A stretch of DNA of 64,000 nt from Promethearchaeota archaeon (GTDB lineage: Archaea > Asgardarchaeota > Lokiarchaeia > Sigyniarchaeales > SOKP01): assembly GCA_016839745.1 (NCBI GenBank), contig JAEOTS010000045.1, forward strand, positions 1 to 64,000. Reading direction: 5' to 3'. Position 1 is the stretch's first letter; each line of letters starts with the position of its first letter. Positions 32,501-41,931 of the stretch are shown piece after piece. Below the pieces are notes generated by a model. That model did not search any database. It saw only the letters and a program-made list of their open reading frames with translations, and was not told the origin of the DNA. A program made the translations under genes and the position numbers.

Positions 32501-32533
32501 AATTAAATATAATACTTTTTTCTTTGATTTCAT
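29504..32533 (-). CDS. Beta-helix (NosD-like) repeat surface protein with Ig-like domain and ISFGY-TM-basic anchor
   Basis: Many NNTLSGNxAxNNxYGIxL coils; three near-identical CGISLYG...NAGQIILINC modules; tail GPIISFGYYYMLFTFITILSLIILEKQKKK. Confidence 0.88.
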   Translation of the reverse strand: MKSKKKVLYLITLLTISLLSSIVSTDIKINLDLIEKTQIPIKQSGFWDLTGNPIYIDDLATGVGAHNWTWAEAQPWCSGSGNWTDPYVIENVTINAQYSGNCIEIKNSDTYFIVRNCSLYNSGSSWENTGIKLDNVDSGKIINNDCSNNFHGIYLSSCNNNTLLGNTASNNNFYGIYLDFECVNNTLSGNIANYNYYGIYLSWYCDNNTLLGNTASNNYNYGISIESYCDNNTLSGNTANNNDYGISLYGGSNNRLSANSMNYCGISLYGSLVEMVSHSIDKTNLVNNKPVYYYANEMGLKSSNFTNAGQIILINCTNSIISGLNFSDGTTGIYLGYSNNNTLSGNSASNNGYTGIHLYNSDNNTISGNTANNNDYGIFLNWYCDNNTLLGNIANNNGYGINLESYCDNNSLSGNTANNKDYGIYLGWNCDNNTLSGNTASNNYFAGISLSGGSNNKLSMNSMNFCGISLYGSLVEMVSHSIDKTNLVNNKPVYDYANEIGLESSNFTNAGQIILINCTNSIISELNISEGSGIYLYYCVNNTLSGNIANNNQYGIYLWDSDNNTLSGNIACNNGDYGICLGWNCDNNTLSGNIANNNGNYGINLDFECVNNRILGNNVSYNNNLGISLSMDCDNNTLSGNTASNNNFYGIYLWGSDNNTLSGNTVNSNYRGIYLEYSNYNTLSGNTVNSNYKGINLDYSNYNTLSGNLLNFCGISLYGLLVEMASHSIDDTNLVNNKPVYYYVNETGLESSNFTNAGQIILINCNNSIISELNISDCTAGMFLGYSNNNTLSGNILSNSYYGIWLDSTSNYNLIFLNHFINNMIEAVDDGVNNKWDNGTIGNYWDYYYGVDANFDGIGDTPYIISGTAGSQDNFPIYRDDTAPVITINFPFFISIFGLNAPNYIISIDELDLDTIWYTLDGGETIYIITSLTGTFNQTAWEALSEGRITIRFYANDTYGNIGFKDVEVIIAIPEDLDEGPIISFGYYYMLFTFITILSLIILEKQKKK
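30145..32060. repeat. Intragenic coding repeat array (about 18 copies of a core like TATTTCCCGAAAGCGTGTTGTTATCAC, ~66-72 bp period, in three blocks)
   Basis: Copies visible near 30475, 30541, 30610, 30754, 30825, 30891, 31218, 31287, 31356, 31425, 31494, 31822, 31894, 31963, 32035; all in frame, encoding DNNTLSGN on the minus strand. Confidence 0.88.
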
Positions 32534-32728
32534 ATCGATTATAATTTACGAAAATTTGTCTTTATTAAATTAATTATTGCTAATTATTATATAAAGGTTT
32601 GTTCAACACATTAACATCTCTGTGCTATAACTAATTATACATTCTAATTGAAATGAGAATGGTAAGACTAAAATATTTGAATAATAATAAGAGTTTTTCT
32701 TCGCTACAAATAAAAAAGAAGTAAATGT

Positions 32729-33127
32729 TTACTCGTGAATCTTAAACCATAAAGGACTAAGATCTTTTACAAGTCCGTTATAATTAACTGTTAATTCCTC
32801 ACCTTTTATTATATCTTGAATAGCTGAATATTCAATTGCTTTGTTCTCATAATCGTATAAGTACTTTAAGTTAGGAGTGTACGAATGGTTGATGAATTGA
32901 CTAACGCTAAGAGTGATTGCATTTTTAAATGCAGGGTAATGCTTTGGATCTTCCCAAATATAGCAATAGTCGTATAATTGCGTTTTTCTAATCTTTTTAT
33001 AATCTTTATTGGGTAACAAAACTACATTTGCTACATCTATTACGGTTCCCTTCTTAATATTTTTTTTCGCAAATGCTCCTCTTCCTTTTTCTTTTGAAAT
33101 ATATTTAACCACTATAAAATCATGCAT
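32729..33127 (-). CDS. SET domain protein-lysine methyltransferase
   Basis: KGRGAFA, FINHSYTPN, DIIKGEELTVNY. Confidence 0.9.
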   Translation of the reverse strand: MHDFIVVKYISKEKGRGAFAKKNIKKGTVIDVANVVLLPNKDYKKIRKTQLYDYCYIWEDPKHYPAFKNAITLSVSQFINHSYTPNLKYLYDYENKAIEYSAIQDIIKGEELTVNYNGLVKDLSPLWFKIHE

Positions 33128-33154
33128 TCAAATCATCTTAAAATATATTTTACC

Positions 33155-33751
33155 TTACTCAATTGATGCATGTCGTTTATCAATATCTACTTCAGATATT
33201 CCTAATAAAACCATTAACGAAGCCCCAATTGAATCCAAAATGGACAGCGTAGAAATGTCGAATAACGACGTAAACGGAGCTAAAGTATCTTGTGAAATAG
33301 CTTTTTCTTTACTTTTGCCCTCAACTTTAATGATCAAATCGGATGTCGTGCCTATTGTACTTTTAGGATTTCCTGTAAATAGGGCAATTTTACCTCCGAT
33401 TTTTTTTGCTTCTTTGGTAATTGCTTTAGGCGAAGTAGTTTCGCCGCTTCCACTTATTAATATTAAAAGGTCATCTTTACTATAGCGATAAGTTACTGCG
33501 TCAGAAACAAAACAAGATTTAATACCTAAGTGCATTAATCTTTGGGCAAAACATCGCCCAATAAATCCTGATCTACCAGCACCATATATAAAAATCCTTC
33601 CATCATTAGAATCAATTTCATTAATCAAATCAATTAACTTTAAAACATTTTCCATGTCAATTGATTCGGTATTTGTTTTTACCTGTTCTGCAATTTCTAA
33701 AAGTGTATTTAAGAATCTTCCCCGTACTAGGTTTGAATTGGAATCTTTCAT
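33155..33751 (-). CDS. hxlB: 6-phospho-3-hexuloisomerase (SIS domain)
   Basis: GAGRSG, FAQRLMHLG, SGSGET, LAPFTSLF, RHASIE. Confidence 0.85.
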   Translation of the reverse strand: MKDSNSNLVRGRFLNTLLEIAEQVKTNTESIDMENVLKLIDLINEIDSNDGRIFIYGAGRSGFIGRCFAQRLMHLGIKSCFVSDAVTYRYSKDDLLILISGSGETTSPKAITKEAKKIGGKIALFTGNPKSTIGTTSDLIIKVEGKSKEKAISQDTLAPFTSLFDISTLSILDSIGASLMVLLGISEVDIDKRHASIE

Positions 33752-33753
33752 TA

Positions 33754-35040
33754 TTATCGTTCCTCCTTTGAGAATTCAGGATGGACACAACTTCTCCATT
33801 GATCTACGGTTTCTTTAGGACCTAATCCTATTAATAGGTCCCCTACTTCAAAAATAAAATCTGATTTAAAACTATAAATCCATTTATTTTCTCTTTTTAA
33901 AGCAATAATATGAAATCCTCTTTTATATTGTTGATTTTGTAACTGCTTGTATGTTTTTTCTTTGAAATATGACTCTGTTGAGATTGTTTCTCTAACAACT
34001 ATTTCGGGAGTTTCTTCAATAGCTTTTTGAAGAATGATATGAGGTTCAAAGCCTTTTAAAATATTTTCAGCTAAATGAGCTGCTGCATCTGATATTAACT
34101 CACAAGAAAATACTATACGCATAATACCTGTTAAATTCTTTGGATTATCAAGTAATTGTGTTATATTCAAAAGATCCTTTTCAAAAATTATATTAAGACC
34201 ATCCATTATAGACTCCATCTCTAATACATCCTCAGCTACTTCATAGCTATTAAAAAATAACGCTGCTAACGCTAATTCTATCATCGTTTCTGAAAGATCT
34301 GTTATTGTTATGTAATCTTTTTTGAGTTCTTGAATTTTATCGAATACATCAGGATTAGTCAGATCAAATTCAGATTCTTTCTGCATATCATCAATATGGA
34401 AAGAAAAATCTTCAGTGTCAAATGTTAATTTTTTCAATTCTTTGATTGGCTCAATTTCTCCTTTTATTATTAATATATCCCCAACTTGAATTTCGTTGTC
34501 CTTTTCGAATAACCAATTATCTTTTCTTTTGATCGCTATTAAATCCACTCCGTATTTTGATCTAAAATGTACCTCTTTACGTTTCATGCCTATAAATTCA
34601 CAAGCATCATTGATGGTGATTTTTACAATAGGTTCGGGAACATCATCCCAAAATAATTGTGTGAAATCAGAAATATCGCTATTAATATATACAACCCGAG
34701 CGATATCCGCTAGAGCATCTGAGATTTTGTCAATAGAATAACCCATAACAACAATAGGTTCCAAAGCTTTAGCTTCTTTAAAACCTCCAGTTTGAGTTTG
34801 AATAATTTGTAAATTCAATAGAAATGTTAACTCGTGGATTCTTTTTTCAATTTTAGAAGTTTCATCCGCAATTTCTTTGCTACTAAATTTAATAGCGCTG
34901 TAAGCTAGATCAATCATCAAGTCGATCTTCTGTTTCATCTCTTTTAAAATGTCTTTTAGTGATATAGGCTGATACTGGAACTTCTTTCTTTTTTCAAGTT
35001 TTTTAATTATTTTCTCACTCTCGTTTAGATAATTATACAA
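33754..35040 (-). CDS. Tandem PhoU-like + TrkA_C (RCK_C) regulatory protein
   Basis: Two copies of MI[DE]LAxxA...ISDAxA followed by a [DH][LI]IA[IL]KR...GDxLI RCK_C unit. Confidence 0.8.
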   Translation of the reverse strand: MYNYLNESEKIIKKLEKRKKFQYQPISLKDILKEMKQKIDLMIDLAYSAIKFSSKEIADETSKIEKRIHELTFLLNLQIIQTQTGGFKEAKALEPIVVMGYSIDKISDALADIARVVYINSDISDFTQLFWDDVPEPIVKITINDACEFIGMKRKEVHFRSKYGVDLIAIKRKDNWLFEKDNEIQVGDILIIKGEIEPIKELKKLTFDTEDFSFHIDDMQKESEFDLTNPDVFDKIQELKKDYITITDLSETMIELALAALFFNSYEVAEDVLEMESIMDGLNIIFEKDLLNITQLLDNPKNLTGIMRIVFSCELISDAAAHLAENILKGFEPHIILQKAIEETPEIVVRETISTESYFKEKTYKQLQNQQYKRGFHIIALKRENKWIYSFKSDFIFEVGDLLIGLGPKETVDQWRSCVHPEFSKEER

Positions 35041-35584
35041 ATATTTGGATAAAGATTATTATTAGAAGCGGTGTTAAAAAATCTGCTAAAGATGTCACCA
35101 TAGGAATTAGAAAATTATTAGGATCTTTTCCTTTTCTAAATATAAATATAGAACCCATAAATAAAAACACGAACATAAGCCCAAATAGAATCAAAATAGT
35201 ACTACTTATTATTGATATGATTAACAAGGGATTAACGATTTCTATTCCAGTTACACTTCCCAGTATGTATCCTAAGCTAATTAATGCAACAAGGCTTAAT
35301 AAAATTGTTATCAACAATCCATAAAAGTCTTGTTTTAATCGATCCGAGGGCTGAATTCTAGGAGATAAAGTTCCTATATATAGGTGAGATGTAAGACGAG
35401 AAACTAAAACGGTTGATATATCACCTATTAAGGAATTTAAAGACGGTAAAACTAATAAGATAATAGGAAAACTTGACAATACTCGCTCATTGTTAGATAA
35501 AAGAGTCCCTGAAAAGAGTCCCATAACAGAACTTATTAGGACAACAATAATTGATTCTTTGAATATTTTTTTAAAGTAGTCCAC
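35033..35584 (-). CDS. MgtE/SLC41-type membrane domain protein (half B)
   Basis: PSLNSLIGD, SRLTSHLYIG, GKDPNNFLIPMVTSLADF. Confidence 0.82.
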   Translation of the reverse strand: MDYFKKIFKESIIVVLISSVMGLFSGTLLSNNERVLSSFPIILLVLPSLNSLIGDISTVLVSRLTSHLYIGTLSPRIQPSDRLKQDFYGLLITILLSLVALISLGYILGSVTGIEIVNPLLIISIISSTILILFGLMFVFLFMGSIFIFRKGKDPNNFLIPMVTSLADFLTPLLIIIFIQIFV

Positions 35585-35586
35585 TA

Positions 35587-36141
35587 TTATGGCACCCCCA
35601 ACATAATAATTGTTAGATAGAAACTAATAACAGTAAAAAAGTCGTCAATCGCTGTCATTACTGGATTTACTACGTTATTTGGATCTAAACCACGCTTAAA
35701 TGCTAAAAAGTTTAAGATCGTGGAACAAGGAATTGAAATCAATAATGTAAACACTATCGAAATAACCGGAATTACGATTAACAAACCAATATGAAAAATG
35801 TAGAGTTTAATTAATAAAAAATTAATAAGGATACTGAAAACTCCGATTGCTAATGCTGTTAATAACGATAGGGCTAATGTAGCTACTACATTTTCAAACC
35901 ATGATTTCTTATTAAATTCGCCGATAATAAAGTCTCGTGAAGTTCGAGCAATAAAAGGACCACTTAAATTACCCCTAAGAGATAATAAAGCAGGGATAAT
36001 TAGAATTAATAAAAGAAAGCTCTTAAATGAAACAATTAAAAGAGATAGCACGATCCCAGCAAGGATATCGCCCACAATGGAAACCATTTCAGATGGAAAG
36101 GTTTCTTTAATGATTTTACCTTTAGTATCTCGAGCTTCCAT
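35587..36141 (-). CDS. MgtE/SLC41-type membrane domain protein (half A)
   Basis: PALLSLRGN, GLDPNNVVNPVMTAIDDF. Confidence 0.82.
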   Translation of the reverse strand: MEARDTKGKIIKETFPSEMVSIVGDILAGIVLSLLIVSFKSFLLLILIIPALLSLRGNLSGPFIARTSRDFIIGEFNKKSWFENVVATLALSLLTALAIGVFSILINFLLIKLYIFHIGLLIVIPVISIVFTLLISIPCSTILNFLAFKRGLDPNNVVNPVMTAIDDFFTVISFYLTIIMLGVP

Positions 36142-36367
36142 ATGTCATCATCATCATCAGATGAACTTATAATTAAGTTTTCGTTCATTTTCTTTAATAT
36201 TTATTAAGGCTCGAAATTATTTAAAAATTGCTAAATGATATAAAAAATTTAATATAAGCATTTAAAATCAAATAAATTCTTCAATTATTTTGGTTTGGAG
36301 AAAGAAAATAGGTGATTTTTTTTAAATAAAATTAGATGCACCTAAAAAGAAAAAATCTATTTCAACA

Positions 36368-37903
36368 TCATATAGATTTTAACCAGTTGGAATCGATACG
36401 ATTAAGGGCAGTCTCAACTTCTTTTCTAACATTCCAATCGTCATCCCATAATGATTTTGCTAAAGGTTCTAACGCTTCTTTGTTTCCTATTTGACCTAAT
36501 GCTTTTGCAGAAGCAATTCTAATTTTAGGATCTCTGTCTTTAAGCATCTCTATAAATGGTGAGATATCACTAATATTTTCAAATTTTCCTAATGCTAAAG
36601 CAATCCAACTTTTAATGAAAAGATCATCATCATTTATTAAAGGAAATAGAGCCTCTAAGCTATCTTCATCCCCTAATTTAATTAAGAGCTTAACTGCTGC
36701 CCGTTTAGTTTTCCAATTCGTAGAATTCAAAAGAGTTTTCACCTCATTAGTGTATGTTTGATTGCTTATTTTGGATAAAGCTTCAATAGCGATATCACGC
36801 ACTCTATTATCAGGATCATTTAAAAGAGTTAATAATATGGAAATCTGCTGTTCATTACCTAACTTTCCAATTAGTTTTGCACAAAGGCTCCTTATTTTCC
36901 ATTCTTTATCCTTAAGACCTTCAAGAACTTGAACTGGAACTTCATCCTTAGATATCTGAATAAGTGAATTATAGGCCAATTTTCTGGTTTTATTATCACT
37001 ACTCTTGAAAGAATTAATCATATAGTCTATAGAATTCTTATCTTTAAGTAAACCTAAGAGCTTGATTGCTTCCTTCCTTTCTATCATATTTTTGCTGTTT
37101 GCAACTTCATAGATTTTTTCATAAGAATCAAGTGCTATAAAGATTTGTTCTAGTGATTGGATTGATAACCTACGGATATCTTCATCCTTGTTTTTTAATA
37201 ATCTTAGAAGTGGATCAATTGCCCGCTTACTTTTAATTACACTTAAGGCTTTTATGCTCGCTTTTTTAACATCCTCATCTTTATCATCCAATAAATTGAT
37301 AATTAGTCTTGCATCCTTTACTTGAATCAATTTCTCTAATGCTTGAATAGCATTTCGTCTGACTTCAGGATCATTTTTGTGAAGCATATCTTTTAAATAA
37401 TTAATTGATTCATCACTTTGAATTCTACCTAAGATGATTGGAATTGCTCGTTTTACATGAATATTTCCATTATCAAAATAATTAATAATCCCAGTTACAT
37501 CTCCTAACTTTCCTATACTCACGATTGATTTAATTACTTCATCTTTTATTTCTAAAGAAGGATTACTTAGCATTTCTAATAAAGGATTTAAAGCAGAGAG
37601 GAACTTAGTCTTACCAAGCGCAATTACAGCAGTTTTTCTAGCTGTTATAAAATTATCTTTTAGAGCTTCAATTAATATTGGATTTGATACTTCCGGTACG
37701 TTGTTCGCAATAACTTCAATAATTTTTGCTCTTACTTTTCCGTCTGATTCATTCTTATATTGTAGAGCAAAAAAACTCAAATTAATTTTATCAATCAAAT
37801 TACCAAATGAATTTATCATATCTACTTTATTCTCTGGAACAGTTTCTTTAAGATATTTATCTTTAAGTTCTTGAAATTCCATTTTTCTAATCCTCCATAC
37901 CAT
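36368..37903 (-). CDS. HEAT-repeat (PBS lyase-like) solenoid protein
   Basis: About 14 repeats of LxxLLxDxDxxVRxxAxxALxxI; true start may be ATG at 37882. Confidence 0.88.
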   Translation of the reverse strand: MVWRIRKMEFQELKDKYLKETVPENKVDMINSFGNLIDKINLSFFALQYKNESDGKVRAKIIEVIANNVPEVSNPILIEALKDNFITARKTAVIALGKTKFLSALNPLLEMLSNPSLEIKDEVIKSIVSIGKLGDVTGIINYFDNGNIHVKRAIPIILGRIQSDESINYLKDMLHKNDPEVRRNAIQALEKLIQVKDARLIINLLDDKDEDVKKASIKALSVIKSKRAIDPLLRLLKNKDEDIRRLSIQSLEQIFIALDSYEKIYEVANSKNMIERKEAIKLLGLLKDKNSIDYMINSFKSSDNKTRKLAYNSLIQISKDEVPVQVLEGLKDKEWKIRSLCAKLIGKLGNEQQISILLTLLNDPDNRVRDIAIEALSKISNQTYTNEVKTLLNSTNWKTKRAAVKLLIKLGDEDSLEALFPLINDDDLFIKSWIALALGKFENISDISPFIEMLKDRDPKIRIASAKALGQIGNKEALEPLAKSLWDDDWNVRKEVETALNRIDSNWLKSI

Positions 37904-38025
37904 CTTTCAATGAAAAAAACCGCTAACTATAAAATCGAGTTCCTATTTTTATTTTTTAGTAAATGGAAAGATAGAAATTGTAAATATCAAAATTAAATTC
38001 TTTCACATCATATTGAACTATAATC

Positions 38026-39441
38026 ATGAAATTTATTTCTTATGAGTCTAGATTCAAAGAAACAAAAAATAAAAATATTATAATTCTTTTCTTATTTTGC
38101 CTTACATATTTATCAATTTTTCAATTATGCTTAAGAGATTCCCTTGTTAGTAATTTTAACAGCAAAGAAGATTATATTCATGAATTATATCATCCTGTAA
38201 CATCAAAAAATGGATTTATTAATTCAGAAGGAAATAAAATTTTTTGGTTCATCCAAATTACTGATACCCAATTTATTTGGCTAGACCAAAATAGAATAGA
38301 TACATTTTCAAAATTTCTTAACGAGACAAAGAAAATAATTAAACCGTTATTTATAATCCATACTGGAGATATAGTCGATGCTAATAATGGTATATATCAA
38401 AACCCTGAAGAATGGCAAAACTATAATAAAACTTTATCAGAAAATAATATTAATTCGTCAATTTATGTAGATTTAGTTGGAAATCATGATGGTTCTGAGG
38501 ATCCTAATTACAGCTACTTTATCAATTACTCAATTACAGGAAGTGAATATAAAGCTACTCAAATTTCATTTAATCATTCTTTTTCTTTTGGAAATTATGC
38601 ATTTATTGGAATTAATACCGCTAAAGATTCATATGATAATATATTTGAGTTTGGATTTAGTGGTTTTTTAAATACAGAAGAATTAGATTGGTATGAGAAT
38701 GAATTAAAAAGATATAAAGATTATGATAATATATTTGTTTTCGGACATCATCCTCCTTTCTTTCTTCCATATTATAGAATTATTTCTAATTTGAGTTCAA
38801 CAGGTAAATCATTTTATGATTTAAACAAAGAATATAATGTAAATTATTATTTTTGTGGTCACATTCACTCTAATTACATTCAGAAAATAGATGGATTAAA
38901 TACGATAATAACTGATAATTTTGATGATAATAATGGTACATATAGAATTGTAGTAATTGATAATAATCAACTTTCAACTTCAATTGAAAATATAGGAAAA
39001 TGGCCACAAGGACTTATTATAAATCCCCCAAGTCACAACTTCTATGACTCTCAATTTAATATAGATTTAGAAAAAATTCATGTTCTTGCATGGGATCCAA
39101 AAGGGATAGTTTCTATTGAATGGTCTGTTTATTTCGAAAGCGGCATACAATTCAAAGATTGGACTTCTTTACAAAGAAATCATGAAAACGGACTATTATG
39201 GGAAGGAGATTTTTGTAAAGATTTAAGTTATGAAAATAATTATATAGTGAAAGCAAAAATTGAAGGGAATTCTGGTCAAGTTATAAGAGAAATAATATTT
39301 AATGTTCCAAAGAGCATAAATTATGAATTAATCCATATAATTTTAACAGTATTTGTTATAGGAATTATTACTATACCAATAATAATAATCATACTTTATC
39401 CAAAAAAGATTTTAAAAAAGAAAAATAAACTTCAAAGATAA
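38026..39441 (+). CDS. Extracellular metallophosphoesterase, TMEM62-like, with C-terminal TM anchor
   Basis: FWFIQITD, HTGDIVDA, GNHD, GHHP, CGHIH, YRIVVID, GKWPQGLIINP; N-terminal hydrophobic segment and C-terminal TM plus Lys tail. Confidence 0.82.
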   Translation: MKFISYESRFKETKNKNIIILFLFCLTYLSIFQLCLRDSLVSNFNSKEDYIHELYHPVTSKNGFINSEGNKIFWFIQITDTQFIWLDQNRIDTFSKFLNETKKIIKPLFIIHTGDIVDANNGIYQNPEEWQNYNKTLSENNINSSIYVDLVGNHDGSEDPNYSYFINYSITGSEYKATQISFNHSFSFGNYAFIGINTAKDSYDNIFEFGFSGFLNTEELDWYENELKRYKDYDNIFVFGHHPPFFLPYYRIISNLSSTGKSFYDLNKEYNVNYYFCGHIHSNYIQKIDGLNTIITDNFDDNNGTYRIVVIDNNQLSTSIENIGKWPQGLIINPPSHNFYDSQFNIDLEKIHVLAWDPKGIVSIEWSVYFESGIQFKDWTSLQRNHENGLLWEGDFCKDLSYENNYIVKAKIEGNSGQVIREIIFNVPKSINYELIHIILTVFVIGIITIPIIIIILYPKKILKKKNKLQR

Positions 39442-39509
39442 TATTAAAAGAATATATAAAAAAAATAGGCATTAGGATAGGCATCAACACTGTTAAAGAC
39501 AAAGTTGAT

Positions 39510-41132
39510 TTGAGTATGTGGAAAACAATAGCTAAAAATGAAATTCGGTTAGCAACTTATAGATTTAGGAAAAATAGGAGACTATTTTTATTATATCTAT
39601 TTTCTATTTTAATTTTTTGGGGTTTTTATTTTGGTCCAAACTTTCTTGATATGTTGATTCCAGAATTTGTAAGTTATTATGGATATATGTATTTAAATCA
39701 GTTAGTCTTGTACTTTGAATATTTTTTTTTCCTTATTTTTCTGTTAAATATAATGCTCCCATTATATAATTTATATAATAAAAAGGGAGGTGATACAAAG
39801 GAATTTATTCTTGCTTCTCCCATTAAACCAAAAGAAATCTTCTTTGGAACATTCATTTGGAAGATGCCATTTTATTTATTATTTGTATTGTTTATTGGTC
39901 CGGTATTTACCAGCTTGTTGAATCAAATTGCTGACTTGAATATTTTTCATCATGTCGTGATTTATTTATGCATATTTGGGGTTCTAGTTTTTAGTCTATT
40001 AATCGGGAAAGTTATTTCAAACCTTATTGAATATAAAATTAATAAAAACCAAAAAGCGCAAAACACTCGTAAAATTAGAATACTGGTAATTACTCTAATA
40101 TTGATAATTGTCTACTTCTTCATACGATTTTTGAGTACCTTATTTTTAACCTCGCCAGTATTAAAGAATTGGTTAAATATTTTTCCTTCATATTGGTACT
40201 CGTCTATCATTATATATCTCATTGATCCATCGATGCTATCTTTAAACTTCTTTAACATCTGGATAATCTTATTTCTCGCAATTTTCATTCCTATTTTAAT
40301 TTTTTTTGTTTCTTATAAGAAATCTAATGTCTTTTATATTATAAAAAGTTCAGATGATTTTTCTGAATTAAAAACCGGAAAAGATAAGAAGAGTTATATT
40401 TTCTTGAGAAAAATTACTTTAAAAAAATGGAAAGTTTTGGTACAAACTCATTTTAAAGAATTTTTTAGGAATGAAGAGTATATATTAAAATTCTTCTATG
40501 CAATTGTATTAAATATTATTTTCGGTATAGTTTTAGCTTTATCTCTTGGCGAATTTGAATGGGGACCTATTAGTGAAATACAAATATATAAACTTTTAGA
40601 AGTTATGATTGTTTCCTGGATAGGTAGCATTCTATTTGGATCTATGTCTGGACTTTATATTTTTATTGAATCGAAAAACTTAGTAAATATCTATAAAAAA
40701 TCTCTAAGAGGAACAAAATCTTTAATTTATTCGATTTTATACTTTTTAGTTTATTTAATCGTTTTTATAGAATTAATTTCTGTAACTCTATTTACTTTAA
40801 TTTTCCAATTAGATCCATTATTATTTTTGATATTTATTGTTACTTACTTTATAGTGAGCTTAACTATCGTTTTAGAAATGATAGGAATTCAATGTTTAAA
40901 GCCAATATTTAAAGATCGAAAATCGATGATTATGTGGAATGTCTACATTTTAATGATCTTGCAGATTTTCTCTTTATTACTAACTTTTAGTCTTTTAATT
41001 CCATATATTTCTGATGGTACGGAACCACTCTTAGCGTTATTATATATCTTTATAATTCATTTTGGAATAACCTCAGGAATAGCAATAGTGCTATTTTTTC
41101 TAGGAATTAGAAAGATTAGTAAATTTGAATAA
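39510..41132 (+). CDS. Multi-pass membrane protein, probable ABC-2-type exporter permease
   Basis: IAKNEIRL start, EFILASPIKPKEIFFG motif, two halves of ~6 TM each. Confidence 0.65.
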   Translation: MSMWKTIAKNEIRLATYRFRKNRRLFLLYLFSILIFWGFYFGPNFLDMLIPEFVSYYGYMYLNQLVLYFEYFFFLIFLLNIMLPLYNLYNKKGGDTKEFILASPIKPKEIFFGTFIWKMPFYLLFVLFIGPVFTSLLNQIADLNIFHHVVIYLCIFGVLVFSLLIGKVISNLIEYKINKNQKAQNTRKIRILVITLILIIVYFFIRFLSTLFLTSPVLKNWLNIFPSYWYSSIIIYLIDPSMLSLNFFNIWIILFLAIFIPILIFFVSYKKSNVFYIIKSSDDFSELKTGKDKKSYIFLRKITLKKWKVLVQTHFKEFFRNEEYILKFFYAIVLNIIFGIVLALSLGEFEWGPISEIQIYKLLEVMIVSWIGSILFGSMSGLYIFIESKNLVNIYKKSLRGTKSLIYSILYFLVYLIVFIELISVTLFTLIFQLDPLLFLIFIVTYFIVSLTIVLEMIGIQCLKPIFKDRKSMIMWNVYILMILQIFSLLLTFSLLIPYISDGTEPLLALLYIFIIHFGITSGIAIVLFFLGIRKISKFE

Positions 41133-41309
41133 GGTTTTAATTTCTTTAAATTTTTAATTTTTGAGAGATAAAGATTAACTACATTAGATATTATGCCATT
41201 CGAATCAATAATAAAATTGATTATATCGTTGATCTCATTATTTTATCTAATTCACCATTTCAATTTGATTCAATAACTTTTTTTTAGGAGCTGAAATTAA
41301 TTTAAAATT

Positions 41310-41792
41310 ATGAAAACAGTAATAATTTATTTTACAATGTCAGGAAGAACAAAAAAAACCGCAGAGGCTATTGCTAGTACTTTAACTAATCATGAAGTGA
41401 GCTACTTATCAATAGAATTAACTGGCAAATTTATTGAAAAGATAAAAGAGTTAGATAAATTCGAGAATAATGATTATTCAGCTATAGAAACACAATTTAG
41501 CGGTTTCAATGCTTCAGGTTTTGATTTGATCATAATTGGTATGCCTACTTATGGAAATTTCCCACCGAAGGTGTTTGGTGAAATATTACGGCGGATGGGT
41601 AATTTGAATGGAAAAAATGTGGTTATTTTCAATACAGCTCGATTTTCAGGTGGAAAGTGTCTTGTTTATATGAAAGAAAAAATTGAAGAAGCTGGTGGTG
41701 AAGTAATAAATCAATCTAAATTTAGGAAATTATTCTGGATTGGCACAAAAAAAGCTATTCAATTTGGAAAACAAATCAATGAAATAAAATAA
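41310..41792 (+). CDS. Flavodoxin-like protein
   Basis: YFTMSGRTKKTAEAIA, IGMPTYG, FNT. Confidence 0.85.
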   Translation: MKTVIIYFTMSGRTKKTAEAIASTLTNHEVSYLSIELTGKFIEKIKELDKFENNDYSAIETQFSGFNASGFDLIIIGMPTYGNFPPKVFGEILRRMGNLNGKNVVIFNTARFSGGKCLVYMKEKIEEAGGEVINQSKFRKLFWIGTKKAIQFGKQINEIK

Positions 41793-41931
41793 ATCTGATT
41801 TATCCATTTTTAATTATTTTTTTACAGAGATTTATCCCTAAATTTAAGATTCTTTTATCGCGAATTTTTCCCTAATGGTCGCAGAAGCTACATAATAGGT
41901 AGGCTTCTACTGCAAAAAGATTTAAAAATGT

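Noticed and set aside
29504-32533. Diversity-generating retroelement target (many AAC/AAT codons, near-duplicate segments)
   Set aside because: No reverse transcriptase or non-coding template repeat in the window; differences are not obviously adenine-restricted.
36145-36160. (TCA)n microsatellite upstream of the MgtE-like gene
   Set aside because: Only about five units; too short to support a phase-variation claim.
41881-41913. Imperfect hairpin GCAGAAGCTAC...GTAGGCTTCTACTGC as SECIS or ncRNA
   Set aside because: No SECIS core recognised and no in-frame TGA-interrupted gene seen nearby; at most a terminator between convergent genes.
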